A DNA stretch of 57,930 bases from Minisyncoccota bacterium (GCA_020059915.1 JAGVBB010000002.1:128129-186058), one strand, 5' to 3'; counted from the stretch's first letter, positions 50,449-57,930 are shown. Program-made: numbers and translations. The notes: generated by a model from the sequence alone, not told the origin.

Positions 50449-52170
50449 ATGGCAAAAATAAAGCAACAAGAAGTCTTCGACTTCGTCCGAAAATATACCT
50501 CCAAAAATAAATTTGCCCCCTCTTTAGAGGAGATAAAGAATCACTTTAGGTTTGCTTCTGTTTCTACCGCTCACTATCACATTAAAAAACTAGAAGACGC
50601 TGGTCTTTTAAGGAAGCAAGAGAATAAAGCAAGGGCTATAAATCTTGATATAGAACAAAAAATGATCCAGGTTCCAATATTGGGAGCAATTGCTGCGGGT
50701 AGCCCGATTGAAGCAATAGAAGATCGGCAAGAGACTATTGCAATCGCGCAATCTGCAATTTCAGGATTCAGGTCAAATGATGTTTATGCTCTTCGTGTAC
50801 AAGGGCAAAGTATGATCGAAGAAGGGATTGACGATGGTGACATTGTCATCATTTTAAATCAACATAGTCCAAATAATGGAGATAAGGTTGTAGCCCTCAT
50901 AAATAACGAAGAGGTAACTTTGAAAAAGTTCTTTAGAGAAAAAGATAAAATAAGACTGCAACCAGCAAACTCAACAATGAACCCGATCTTTGTAGAACCT
51001 GATGAGCTAACGATTCAAGGAAAAGTTTTGATGACCGTAAAAACTGCCGAAAGAATCAAACCAACTCCACTAATTAAAAACCCGCTACCACGAAAAAGTC
51101 TCTCGTTTGGAGAACCAAATACACTTTTTGAGCTTGAGAAGCCCCCAAAATTTCCATCGACACGATTTCAAGGAAGCAAAACAAAACTTCTAAATCAAAT
51201 TTGGGAGCATATCAAGGATATAAAGTTTGATTCAGCGGTAGACTTGTTTGGAGGAACGGGTTCCGTTGGTTATATGCTCAAAAGTAAGGGTAAGCAGGTT
51301 TTTTATAACGACTTTTTGAAAAGTAATTATTTAGCAGGACTTGCTCTTATTGAAAATTCAAAAGAAACACTGGATGAAAATGATATAGATTTCATCTTAT
51401 CAGTACACAGTAATATTGATTATCCTGATTTTATTCAGAAAACATTTGAAGATACATACTTTACCGATCAAGAAAATAAATGGCTAGATATTGTTTCAAC
51501 AAACATTAGGCAGATGAAAAACAAGTACAAGCAAGCACTTGCTTATTATGCTTTGTTCCAGTCTTGCATTATCAAACGACCATACAATTTATTTCACAGA
51601 AAGAATCTTTATGTTCGTTTTGCAAATGTTGAGAGAAGTTTTGGAAATAAAATCACATGGGATAAGCCATTCGAGGAGCATTTTATAAATTTTGTAAAAG
51701 AAGCAAACGAAGCTGTCTTTGACAATAACCAAAAAAATAAGGCACTGAACTATGATGCAATGTTTTTGGATACGAAAGCCGATCTTGTATACATAGACAC
51801 TCCTTATATTTCAAGCAAGGGTTCTGCCGTTGATTACTTAGATTTTTACCATTTTCTTGAGGGTATAAGTGACTATACGAATTGGTACAGTAAAGTTGAT
51901 TATAAAAGTAAGCATCGGAAATTTAAGTCCGAAAAATCAATTTGGGCAGATAAAAAAAGAATTGCACAAGCTTTTGATGATCTTTTTAGAAAATATAAAG
52001 ATTCGATATTAGTCGTTTCCTATAGATCTGATGGCATACCCACTCCAGAAGAATTGATAAAAATTCTCAAAAAATACAAAAAGGACGTAAAGGAAGTTTT
52101 TAGAAGCGATTATAAATACGCTTTGAGTAAAAATGGTGAATCAAAAGAAATACTTATTGTCGCAAAATAA
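50449..52170 (+). CDS. LexA repressor fused to a Dam-family N6-adenine DNA methyltransferase
   Basis: wHTH (PSLEEI..HF..SVSTAHYH..KLE..G.L), Ala-Gly site IAAGSP, Ser (GQSM) and Lys (TLKK), then RFQGSK, DLFGGTGSV (motif I) and YIDTPY (motif IV variant) in one ORF. Confidence 0.9.
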   Translation: MAKIKQQEVFDFVRKYTSKNKFAPSLEEIKNHFRFASVSTAHYHIKKLEDAGLLRKQENKARAINLDIEQKMIQVPILGAIAAGSPIEAIEDRQETIAIAQSAISGFRSNDVYALRVQGQSMIEEGIDDGDIVIILNQHSPNNGDKVVALINNEEVTLKKFFREKDKIRLQPANSTMNPIFVEPDELTIQGKVLMTVKTAERIKPTPLIKNPLPRKSLSFGEPNTLFELEKPPKFPSTRFQGSKTKLLNQIWEHIKDIKFDSAVDLFGGTGSVGYMLKSKGKQVFYNDFLKSNYLAGLALIENSKETLDENDIDFILSVHSNIDYPDFIQKTFEDTYFTDQENKWLDIVSTNIRQMKNKYKQALAYYALFQSCIIKRPYNLFHRKNLYVRFANVERSFGNKITWDKPFEEHFINFVKEANEAVFDNNQKNKALNYDAMFLDTKADLVYIDTPYISSKGSAVDYLDFYHFLEGISDYTNWYSKVDYKSKHRKFKSEKSIWADKKRIAQAFDDLFRKYKDSILVVSYRSDGIPTPEELIKILKKYKKDVKEVFRSDYKYALSKNGESKEILIVAK

Positions 52171-52173
52171 GCA

Positions 52174-52917
52174 CTACTTTTTCTTCCATTCGAAATATTC
52201 CGTGATGTTATGATATGGCTGTTCTTTCCCCATATCCTTGGCAATTTTTAGTTGCAAGAAGTTTCTCCAATAGTCCTCAAAGACTTTTTCTCCGTGTTTT
52301 GCAAACACGCCAGTTCCGTTTCGTAATATCTCAATATCAGAAGATGAACCAATATTTGCGGTGTTGCCACTTCCTGGCCTATCAGCGGAAAGTTTATATT
52401 TTTCCTGAACAATTATTTCAATATCTTTAATAACTGGTTTTATTTCATCGATTTTTGTTAGGGGAACAATTTCTCCGTCTTTGTCTTCCTCTCTTGTATA
52501 AATAAAACCAAGAACTAAATGTTCTGAATATTCGTGATAAGGGAACATAATGTTCTTTGTTGGGTTTCTCAAATATCCAGTGTACGATCCGAGAGTAAAT
52601 CCAGCGACACGATCCTTAGTTTTTCTGTAAGTACTTTTAATATCAAGGGCGATTTTTTCTCCCGTTGGCAAAACTAGGGTAAGGTCTGGATAAACAGTTT
52701 GTCGATCAGATTGTATAACTTTGATTTTGTACTTCTCTCCAATATCTAAAATAATCGGTGTTGTTACAAGCTCAAATACTTTAGAAATAAGTTTAGTGTC
52801 ACTATTGATCGTATAAATACGATTTTGAGAATCAATGACACCTTTAATATCCCACCCTAGTCCGATAAGAGCGATTTCTTCTTCAAGTATTTTCTTTAGA
52901 TCAAGTTTTTTGGTCAT
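52174..52917 (-). CDS. EcoRV-family type II restriction endonuclease
   Basis: SDTKLISKVFE, YPDLTL, IALDIKSTY (PD..DxK), FTLGSY, recognition loop GSGNTANIGS. Confidence 0.9.
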   Translation of the reverse strand: MTKKLDLKKILEEEIALIGLGWDIKGVIDSQNRIYTINSDTKLISKVFELVTTPIILDIGEKYKIKVIQSDRQTVYPDLTLVLPTGEKIALDIKSTYRKTKDRVAGFTLGSYTGYLRNPTKNIMFPYHEYSEHLVLGFIYTREEDKDGEIVPLTKIDEIKPVIKDIEIIVQEKYKLSADRPGSGNTANIGSSSDIEILRNGTGVFAKHGEKVFEDYWRNFLQLKIAKDMGKEQPYHNITEYFEWKKK

Positions 52918-52919
52918 AA

Positions 52920-53141
52920 TTATTTAACAAAAAAGTCTAAAGACTTTTTATAAAGTTTTGCAAATTCTTTCAGTTGTAGAACATCAAATCGTCTTTGTCC
53001 CGATTCAATCTTTGATACATACGACTGAGTTCTGCCGAGTTTTTCAGCAACTTCAACCTGCCCAAGACCAACCTCAATACGCGCTTGTTTTAAGCGTTCA
53101 ACAATTTTTTTGTGATCATCTTGATAAATTGCTCTTGGCAT
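52920..53141 (-). CDS. XRE-family HTH regulator (C-protein-like controller)
   Basis: RLKQARIEVGLGQVEVAEKLGRTQSYVSKIESGQR, directly upstream of the endonuclease. Confidence 0.85.
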   Translation of the reverse strand: MPRAIYQDDHKKIVERLKQARIEVGLGQVEVAEKLGRTQSYVSKIESGQRRFDVLQLKEFAKLYKKSLDFFVK

Positions 53142-53358
53142 ATGTGTATATCATAATATTCCATTGTGTATTATTCCAAATTGCCATATAATGTATTTAT
53201 GAAGCGGCGGAAGTAAAACCAAAAAATTTCCTTTCCATATTTGTCCGGCTCCCCCCACGCCCCCGCCGAAGAAAAAGGAAAGGTAAGGAAATTTTTTTGG
53301 TTTGGCTAGCGACCGAAGGGAGCACGAGGTGCATTAGTCGAATGCATCAGGATTTTTT

Positions 53359-53426
53359 GCGGGAATGCGTTTGTGTCGCGCCTGCGGCGCGACCCCATTT
53401 CGGCTTCCAATTCCGATTTTCAATTT
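53359..53426 (-). repeat. Post-tRNA-Ser conserved segment, copy A
   Basis: Reverse complement matches 57841-57908 at 67/68 nt. Confidence 0.9.
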
Positions 53427-53516
53427 TGGCGGAGGGGGAGGGATTTGAACCCTCGAGGGGTTTTCACCCCTGCACGATTTCGAGTCGTGTGCCTTCGACC
53501 ACTCAGCCACCCCTCC
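53427..53516 (-). tRNA. tRNA-Ser(CGA)
   Basis: GGAGGGG...CCCCTCC-GCCA, anticodon loop CTCGAAA, long variable arm. Confidence 0.95.
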
Positions 53517-53520
53517 TGTG

Positions 53521-53592
53521 TGCCCTCGGAGAGAATCGAACTCCCATCTTCGCCTTAGGACGGCACTGTTCTATCCGTTGAACTACAAGGGC
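53521..53592 (-). tRNA. tRNA-Arg(CCU)
   Basis: GCCCTTG...CGAGGGC-A, D-loop CGGATA, anticodon loop GTCCTAA, GTTCGATT T-loop. Confidence 0.9.
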
Positions 53593-53661
53593 TTCTGTCT
53601 ATTTATAGATTAATCTCATGAGAGAGTAAAGATTTGTATTTTTTTATACCTAGGGTATTAT

Positions 53662-53982
53662 GTGAATATGTTTGATCGATTCACCTTTGATCGGGACAAA
53701 CTAAATAAGGATGACAAGAAGGAAGTCTATAAACGGCTTGAAAAGACGGAGGCGGATCTTGGGCGGGAATTAGAAACCGATGAAACACCAGACATGATTG
53801 CGCTTGAACTGGAGTGTGCTGATGGGGGAGAAAAGAAACATTGGTTTATGAAAACAAAAGAACTTCCCCTCAATGATGGATATGTGAAACTCGCAGATAT
53901 GCTTGAGGCAACCGCAAAGTTTCCTGATGTTTCCCTTACTGAGGCGGTAAAAAAACTAAAAACAGAAAAGAAAGAAAAATAA
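53662..53982 (+). CDS. Hypothetical protein
   Basis: 106-aa charged ORF between the tRNA pairs; start GTG 53662 or ATG 53668. Confidence 0.6.
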   Translation: MNMFDRFTFDRDKLNKDDKKEVYKRLEKTEADLGRELETDETPDMIALELECADGGEKKHWFMKTKELPLNDGYVKLADMLEATAKFPDVSLTEAVKKLKTEKKEK

Positions 53983-53987
53983 TATAA

Positions 53988-54061
53988 GGGCGATTAGCTC
54001 AGCTGGTTAGAGCGTTACATTGACATTGTAAAGGTCACAGGTTCGAGTCCTGTATCGCCCA
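53988..54061 (+). tRNA. tRNA-Val(GAC)
   Basis: GGGCGAT...ATCGCCC-A, anticodon stem TTACA/TGTAA, loop TTGACAT. Confidence 0.95.
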
Positions 54062-54099
54062 CAAAAATTCCAGTAGATCTGGGATTTTGTTTTAACATT

Positions 54100-54170
54100 G
54101 GGCCTATAGTATAGCGGTAGAACGCCTCCATGGCATGGAGGAAGTCGGGGTTCGACTCCCCGTAGGTCCA
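54100..54170 (+). tRNA. tRNA-Ala(GGC)
   Basis: GGGCCTA/TAGGTCC with G3:U70, anticodon stem CCTCC/GGAGG, loop ATGGCAT. Confidence 0.93.
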
Positions 54171-54302
54171 CAAAAACAAGGAGTGTCTTCGCGACTATGT
54201 TTTTGTAGGATGTCGCATACAAGTGCGACGCCACAAAGAAAATCAGAGCGTCTTCGCGACTATGCACTTGGTTAAATTTACTATTTTTTCTATCATTTAA
54301 TT

Positions 54303-55115
54303 ATGAAACACAAGTTTGACCAATTTCCGATGTTTCCTCCAAATATTGAAAAAGATCTTCAAGTAAAGAATCTTATTGAAAAATCTGGATTGGGAAAGTT
54401 TTCAGAGGAAGAAAAAAAAGAGTTTGATTCATGGAAACAAAATATTCCCCTTTCAAGCCTAGAAAGTCCATTGGGGGGAAAAAGTGCAGAAGATATTTTA
54501 GATTTATTGCCAAATGTTCCGAATCACACAAAAGAACAAGTGGGTTTTTTTGTTGAAATAAAGGAGGAATTATTAGTAGACACAATTTTTGAAAAATTTG
54601 TGAAAGAAAAAAATCAATATGAATTAGCGACTGAGAAAGTTAGTGATTTGGTTTTTTTCTTTTCTGTTGGAGCGCGCACTCATGGAGTTGGAAAAAAAAA
54701 CAAAGGATTTTTTTATGCACATTCGCATCCAGATGTTTTTAGCGCATTTGAACTTGATGAGAAAAAGCAGAAAAATCTTCCTATTCTCTTCAATAAAGGC
54801 GTTTTGCCGAGCGAGGGAGATCTCCAGATATTTTTAAGTGAGAATGAAATAAAAAAAGGTGCCAATGAAGAGAGTGGAGAGAAAATATATTCAAAGAACG
54901 GATGGATTGAGATTAAACAATCTGGTGATGTTGATATAAAAAAAATTCCATTTAAATTAGAAAAATACAGAGACGCTTATTTTGAGCTATTTAGTGGGAG
55001 AAATGAATTTGGGTTTACAACAATTGAGGGGACAAAAGAGTATTTTAAAAATAATTTCCAACTTGATTTAGAATATCATGAATTTAAGGAAAAAGGTGAT
55101 GTGGGCGAAAAATAA
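54303..55115 (+). CDS. Hypothetical protein with JAB/MPN-like HxHP...PSxxD motif
   Basis: FYAHSHPD...VLPSEGDL. Confidence 0.6.
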   Translation: MKHKFDQFPMFPPNIEKDLQVKNLIEKSGLGKFSEEEKKEFDSWKQNIPLSSLESPLGGKSAEDILDLLPNVPNHTKEQVGFFVEIKEELLVDTIFEKFVKEKNQYELATEKVSDLVFFFSVGARTHGVGKKNKGFFYAHSHPDVFSAFELDEKKQKNLPILFNKGVLPSEGDLQIFLSENEIKKGANEESGEKIYSKNGWIEIKQSGDVDIKKIPFKLEKYRDAYFELFSGRNEFGFTTIEGTKEYFKNNFQLDLEYHEFKEKGDVGEK

Positions 55116-55119
55116 GTAT

Positions 55120-56271
55120 ATGTTTAAATTAATACGAAAATATATTCGTATATTTCGAAAATCTCGATTTGATTATGAATCGCTTGTACGGGTACGTGTA
55201 AGTAAGTCTGCAATTCTTCATAATTACGAAACATTTTGTAATGTATGTAATGGAAAACAGGTAGCTCCTGTCTTGAAGAGTAATGCATATGGCCATGGAC
55301 TGATACACATAGGAAAAATCTTGGATTCAAAAAATACCCCCTTTTTTGTAGTTGATTCATATTATGAGGCGCTCATGCTTCGTAATGAAGGTATAAAAAC
55401 GCAAATACTGGTGATTGGATATTCTTTTTTAAAAAATATTTTGACTAATACCGATCCGGGTATAGTTTTTACTCTCTCGACACCCCATCAAATTCGTGAA
55501 ATTTCTGAATCGTTAAAAGTAAAACAGATGTTTCACATAAAGTGTGATACTGGTATGAATCGCCAAGGAATTCGCTATGAAGATCTTGAATATATAGTTT
55601 CTCTTATAAAAGCAAACAAGAACTTCTGTATTGAGGGGATATGTTCGCACCTTGCAGATGCAGATGTGGAAAACTCACTTCATGTAGAACGACAAAAAAA
55701 TGTTTGGATTAATATAGTTCGGGAACTAAAAAACCATTTTTCTCATATTAAGTACTTTCATATAAGTGCAACTGCAGGCACACAATATATTGAACAATTT
55801 GATTCAAATGTGGTTCGCCTGGGAATTGGGCTTTATGGTATTGATCCATTCCCCGGAAGAGCTCTTGGACTTGTTCCCGCGTTGAGTGTGTATGCGGTTG
55901 TGGTAGGGATAAAACCAATAAAGCGAGGTGATTTTGTGGGATATAATGCAACTTTTTCTGCGGAGGAGAACATGACAATCGCGATTGTTCCTGTTGGGTA
56001 TTATGAGGGCATTGATCGCAGACTTTCTAATAATGGTTTTGTTTCTATTCGTGGAACAGCATGTCCGATTATAGGTCGCGTGAGCATGAATATGGTGAGT
56101 GTTGATGTTTCGCGCGTAGAACATGTGCGTGAAGAAGAAGAGGTTTGCGTGATAAGTAACAAGATAGGAGATAAAAACTCTGTTGTCTCTATGGCCGTGC
56201 GATGTGGAACAATTCCTTATGAGATATTAGTAAAAATTCCAGAGCGATTGCGCAGAGAGGTGATTGATTAA
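55120..56271 (+). CDS. alr: Alanine racemase
   Basis: VLKSNAYGHG (PLP Lys), HIKCDTGMNRQG, SHLADAD, VGY, GRVSMN. Confidence 0.96.
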   Translation: MFKLIRKYIRIFRKSRFDYESLVRVRVSKSAILHNYETFCNVCNGKQVAPVLKSNAYGHGLIHIGKILDSKNTPFFVVDSYYEALMLRNEGIKTQILVIGYSFLKNILTNTDPGIVFTLSTPHQIREISESLKVKQMFHIKCDTGMNRQGIRYEDLEYIVSLIKANKNFCIEGICSHLADADVENSLHVERQKNVWINIVRELKNHFSHIKYFHISATAGTQYIEQFDSNVVRLGIGLYGIDPFPGRALGLVPALSVYAVVVGIKPIKRGDFVGYNATFSAEENMTIAIVPVGYYEGIDRRLSNNGFVSIRGTACPIIGRVSMNMVSVDVSRVEHVREEEEVCVISNKIGDKNSVVSMAVRCGTIPYEILVKIPERLRREVID

Positions 56272-56295
56272 TATTTCTCCTTTATACTAAAAGCA

Positions 56296-56895
56296 ATGTC
56301 AAAAATGAAAGAATATATTGATCTTGGTCGTCGCGAGTTTATGAACAAACTTGAGCCAATTATGTCGCCCAAGGAACTTGAAGCAATCGAGACGGCATAC
56401 ATTCTTGCTAAATATGGGCATCGTGGTCAAGAACGTGATGACGGTACAAGATATTTTGAACATCCCAAATCGGTTGCTCACATCTTGATTGAAGAGTTAC
56501 AAATAAACGATTCGCAAACAATTATTATGGCGTTGTTGCACGATGTACTTGAGGACTCACACATTCTTTCTCCGTACAGAATTGAATTAAATTTTGGAAA
56601 GGAGGTTGTTATTGGGCTCAAGCTTCTTACCAAAAAACCCAAGACTGGTTATTTGAAAAGATTGTCTACATATGGAGACAACAAGACGATTTTAGTAAAG
56701 CTCTGTGACAGATTGCATAATCTTCGAACGTTAAAGTATTGCACAAAAAAGAAGCAACAAGAACAAATTGAAGAAACCGAGAGTCATTTATTGCCATTAG
56801 TTTCTTTGCTCATAAAGCGATTACCAAAAAAAGACAAATGGCGAGGAGAATATATCCAAAAAGAAATTGAATTAATTTGCAAAAAATATAAATAA
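56296..56895 (+). CDS. HD-domain (p)ppGpp hydrolase-like protein (small alarmone hydrolase/Mesh1-like)
   Basis: H.GQ.R..G..YFEHP, ALLHDVLED, VKLCDRLHNLRTL; no synthetase domain. Confidence 0.88.
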   Translation: MSKMKEYIDLGRREFMNKLEPIMSPKELEAIETAYILAKYGHRGQERDDGTRYFEHPKSVAHILIEELQINDSQTIIMALLHDVLEDSHILSPYRIELNFGKEVVIGLKLLTKKPKTGYLKRLSTYGDNKTILVKLCDRLHNLRTLKYCTKKKQQEQIEETESHLLPLVSLLIKRLPKKDKWRGEYIQKEIELICKKYK

Positions 56896-56918
56896 AATAC
56901 CCCGATCGGGGTGTTTTA

Positions 56919-56996
56919 TTATCGTGCTCGAAGGTTCATCTTTTTTCCTGCCTTCTTTGCGTGTTTTTTCTTTGCAAGTTTATTTTTCTTATTCAT
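56919..56996 (-). CDS. 25-aa Lys-rich peptide
   Basis: MNKKNKLAKKKHAKKAGKKMNLRAR*; stop abuts the terminator hairpin at 56892-56920. Confidence 0.55.
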   Translation of the reverse strand: MNKKNKLAKKKHAKKAGKKMNLRAR

Positions 56997-57113
56997 CCCG
57001 TTAGAAGTAGATTGCTGTAAATAATCTACATAATTTATTAATTATGTTTCGACTTATATTGTTATATATGATTCACGTATAAAAGTGCAATTGTAACTTC
57101 TAACGGGATTCAT
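56991..57113. mobile_element. MITE-like start-codon element, copy 3 (core 56997-57107)
   Basis: 12-bp perfect TIR CCCGTTAGAAGT/ACTTCTAACGGG with a perfect 6-bp flanking direct repeat (ATGAAT on the minus strand). Confidence 0.8.
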
Positions 57114-57146
57114 AATCTATGTTTGATGATACGCTAAAGTAACTTT

Positions 57147-57707
57147 TTATTCAAATCTATATACAAATATTTTTGATCCAAGCTTTCCACTTCGTTCTTT
57201 TAAAACATATATTGTTTCATGTTCTTTTTTTGAAAAAGGGAAGTCAAAAGAGAACAATTTTGTATTGTGGAGCTCTGTTTCAAGCTTTGGAAGTAGGAGG
57301 TCCATAACACTGGGAAAGAGATAGGTAATAACCACCGTTGCATTGTTCAATGGTACTTTGAAAAAATTCTTTCTTTGTATGGTTATGTTGGGAAACGGTA
57401 TTGATCGAATCTTTGCAACAAAAAAGGGAAATAACGCCTTTTCAATTCCTATAAATGTTGCTTGTGGATTTTTCTTTGCAAGCGCGCATAGAATCCTTGC
57501 GTCTCCACAACCGAGATCATATACCGTGTCATGTTGAGCGATTGTTGCATGTTCCAATAAATAAGGAATCGCCTGTTGAGGGATTGGAATAAATGGAGCG
57601 TGTTCTTTTTTAAACAACAGGCGCCAAAGTGAATGGATAACAATAGCGATTATTGAGAGTGAAATAACAAGAAAGAAAAGGCTTATATAAAGAGAGGTAG
57701 TTTCCAT
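57147..57707 (-). CDS. Class I SAM-dependent methyltransferase with N-terminal TM
   Basis: APFIP, YDLGCGDAR, GIE, VVITYLFP; start METTS at 57707. Confidence 0.88.
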   Translation of the reverse strand: METTSLYISLFFLVISLSIIAIVIHSLWRLLFKKEHAPFIPIPQQAIPYLLEHATIAQHDTVYDLGCGDARILCALAKKNPQATFIGIEKALFPFFVAKIRSIPFPNITIQRKNFFKVPLNNATVVITYLFPSVMDLLLPKLETELHNTKLFSFDFPFSKKEHETIYVLKERSGKLGSKIFVYRFE

Positions 57708-57752
57708 TAGTATATTGTACAAAATAAAAACCTCTGATACATTAGTATTTGA

Positions 57753-57840
57753 GGAAGGTTGGCAGAGTGGTCGAATGCGCCGCACTTGAAATGCGGTATG
57801 CCGAAAGGCATCGGAGGTTCGAATCCTCCACCTTCCGCCA
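57753..57840 (+). tRNA. tRNA-Ser(UGA)
   Basis: GGAAGGT...ACCTTCC-GCCA, anticodon loop CTTGAAA, long variable arm. Confidence 0.95.
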
Positions 57841-57908
57841 AAATTGAAAATCGGAATTGGAAGCCGAAATGGGGTCGCGCCGTAGGCGCGACACAAACGC
57901 ATTCCCGC
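57841..57908 (+). repeat. Post-tRNA-Ser conserved segment, copy B
   Basis: AAATTGAAAATCGGAATTGGAAGCCGAAATGGGGTCGCGCCGTAGGCGCGACACAAACGCATTCCCGC, inverted copy of 53359-53426. Confidence 0.9.
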
Positions 57909-57930
57909 CAAAAATTCCCGAATCCAAAAG

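Noticed and set aside
52174-52917. Claim that the nuclease recognises GATATC with host site avoidance
   Set aside because: Family membership is clear, but GATATC occurs repeatedly in the window (e.g. near 495, 4752, 13744) and specificity cannot be fixed from motifs alone.
53297-54267. ORFs 53297-53581, 53373-53558 and 54007-54267 (also 8865-9059, 57742-57927 and the 5' extension of 57147-57911)
   Set aside because: They overlap tRNA genes or their trailers and are shadow translations.
1-57930. Alternative genetic code (UGA=Gly as in Gracilibacteria/SR1)
   Set aside because: Conserved genes are full length under code 11, and TGA ends genes at sensible positions (10687, 28887, 40222).

Overview
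An AT-rich bacterial chromosome segment that reads as Patescibacteria/CPR (Parcubacteria-like). This is inferred from gene content and style: alpha2-type GlyRS, short ValRS, tRNA-Ile(UAU), tRNAs lacking encoded CCA and mostly leaderless genes. The backbone is housekeeping: gyrA, rpsA-like, ftsH, folD, recA, ftsK, valS, nusA, tsaD, recO, glyQS, metG, leuS, alr, an HtrA protease, an ABC exporter and 7 tRNAs. Five things stand out. (1) Three copies of a 104-122 bp non-coding element with CCCGTTAGA...TCTAACGGG terminal inverted repeats and 6-bp ATNNAT flanking direct repeats, each sitting exactly on a gene's start codon. (2) An integrase-less defence island next to tRNA-Ser(CGA): a CdnE-like CD-NTase plus 3TM protein, divergent from a LexA-DNA methyltransferase fusion, then an EcoRV-like endonuclease and a C-like HTH. 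Both tRNA-Ser genes are followed by the same ~68-bp sequence. (3) A radical SAM gene divergent from nrdR with two NrdR-box-like sites between them. (4) Interspersed orphan genes that share a boxA-like leader plus Shine-Dalgarno, unlike the leaderless core genes. (5) Three parS sites, two in a duplicated unit and one inside folD. All calls come from reading the sequence and recalled family motifs; no database searches were run.
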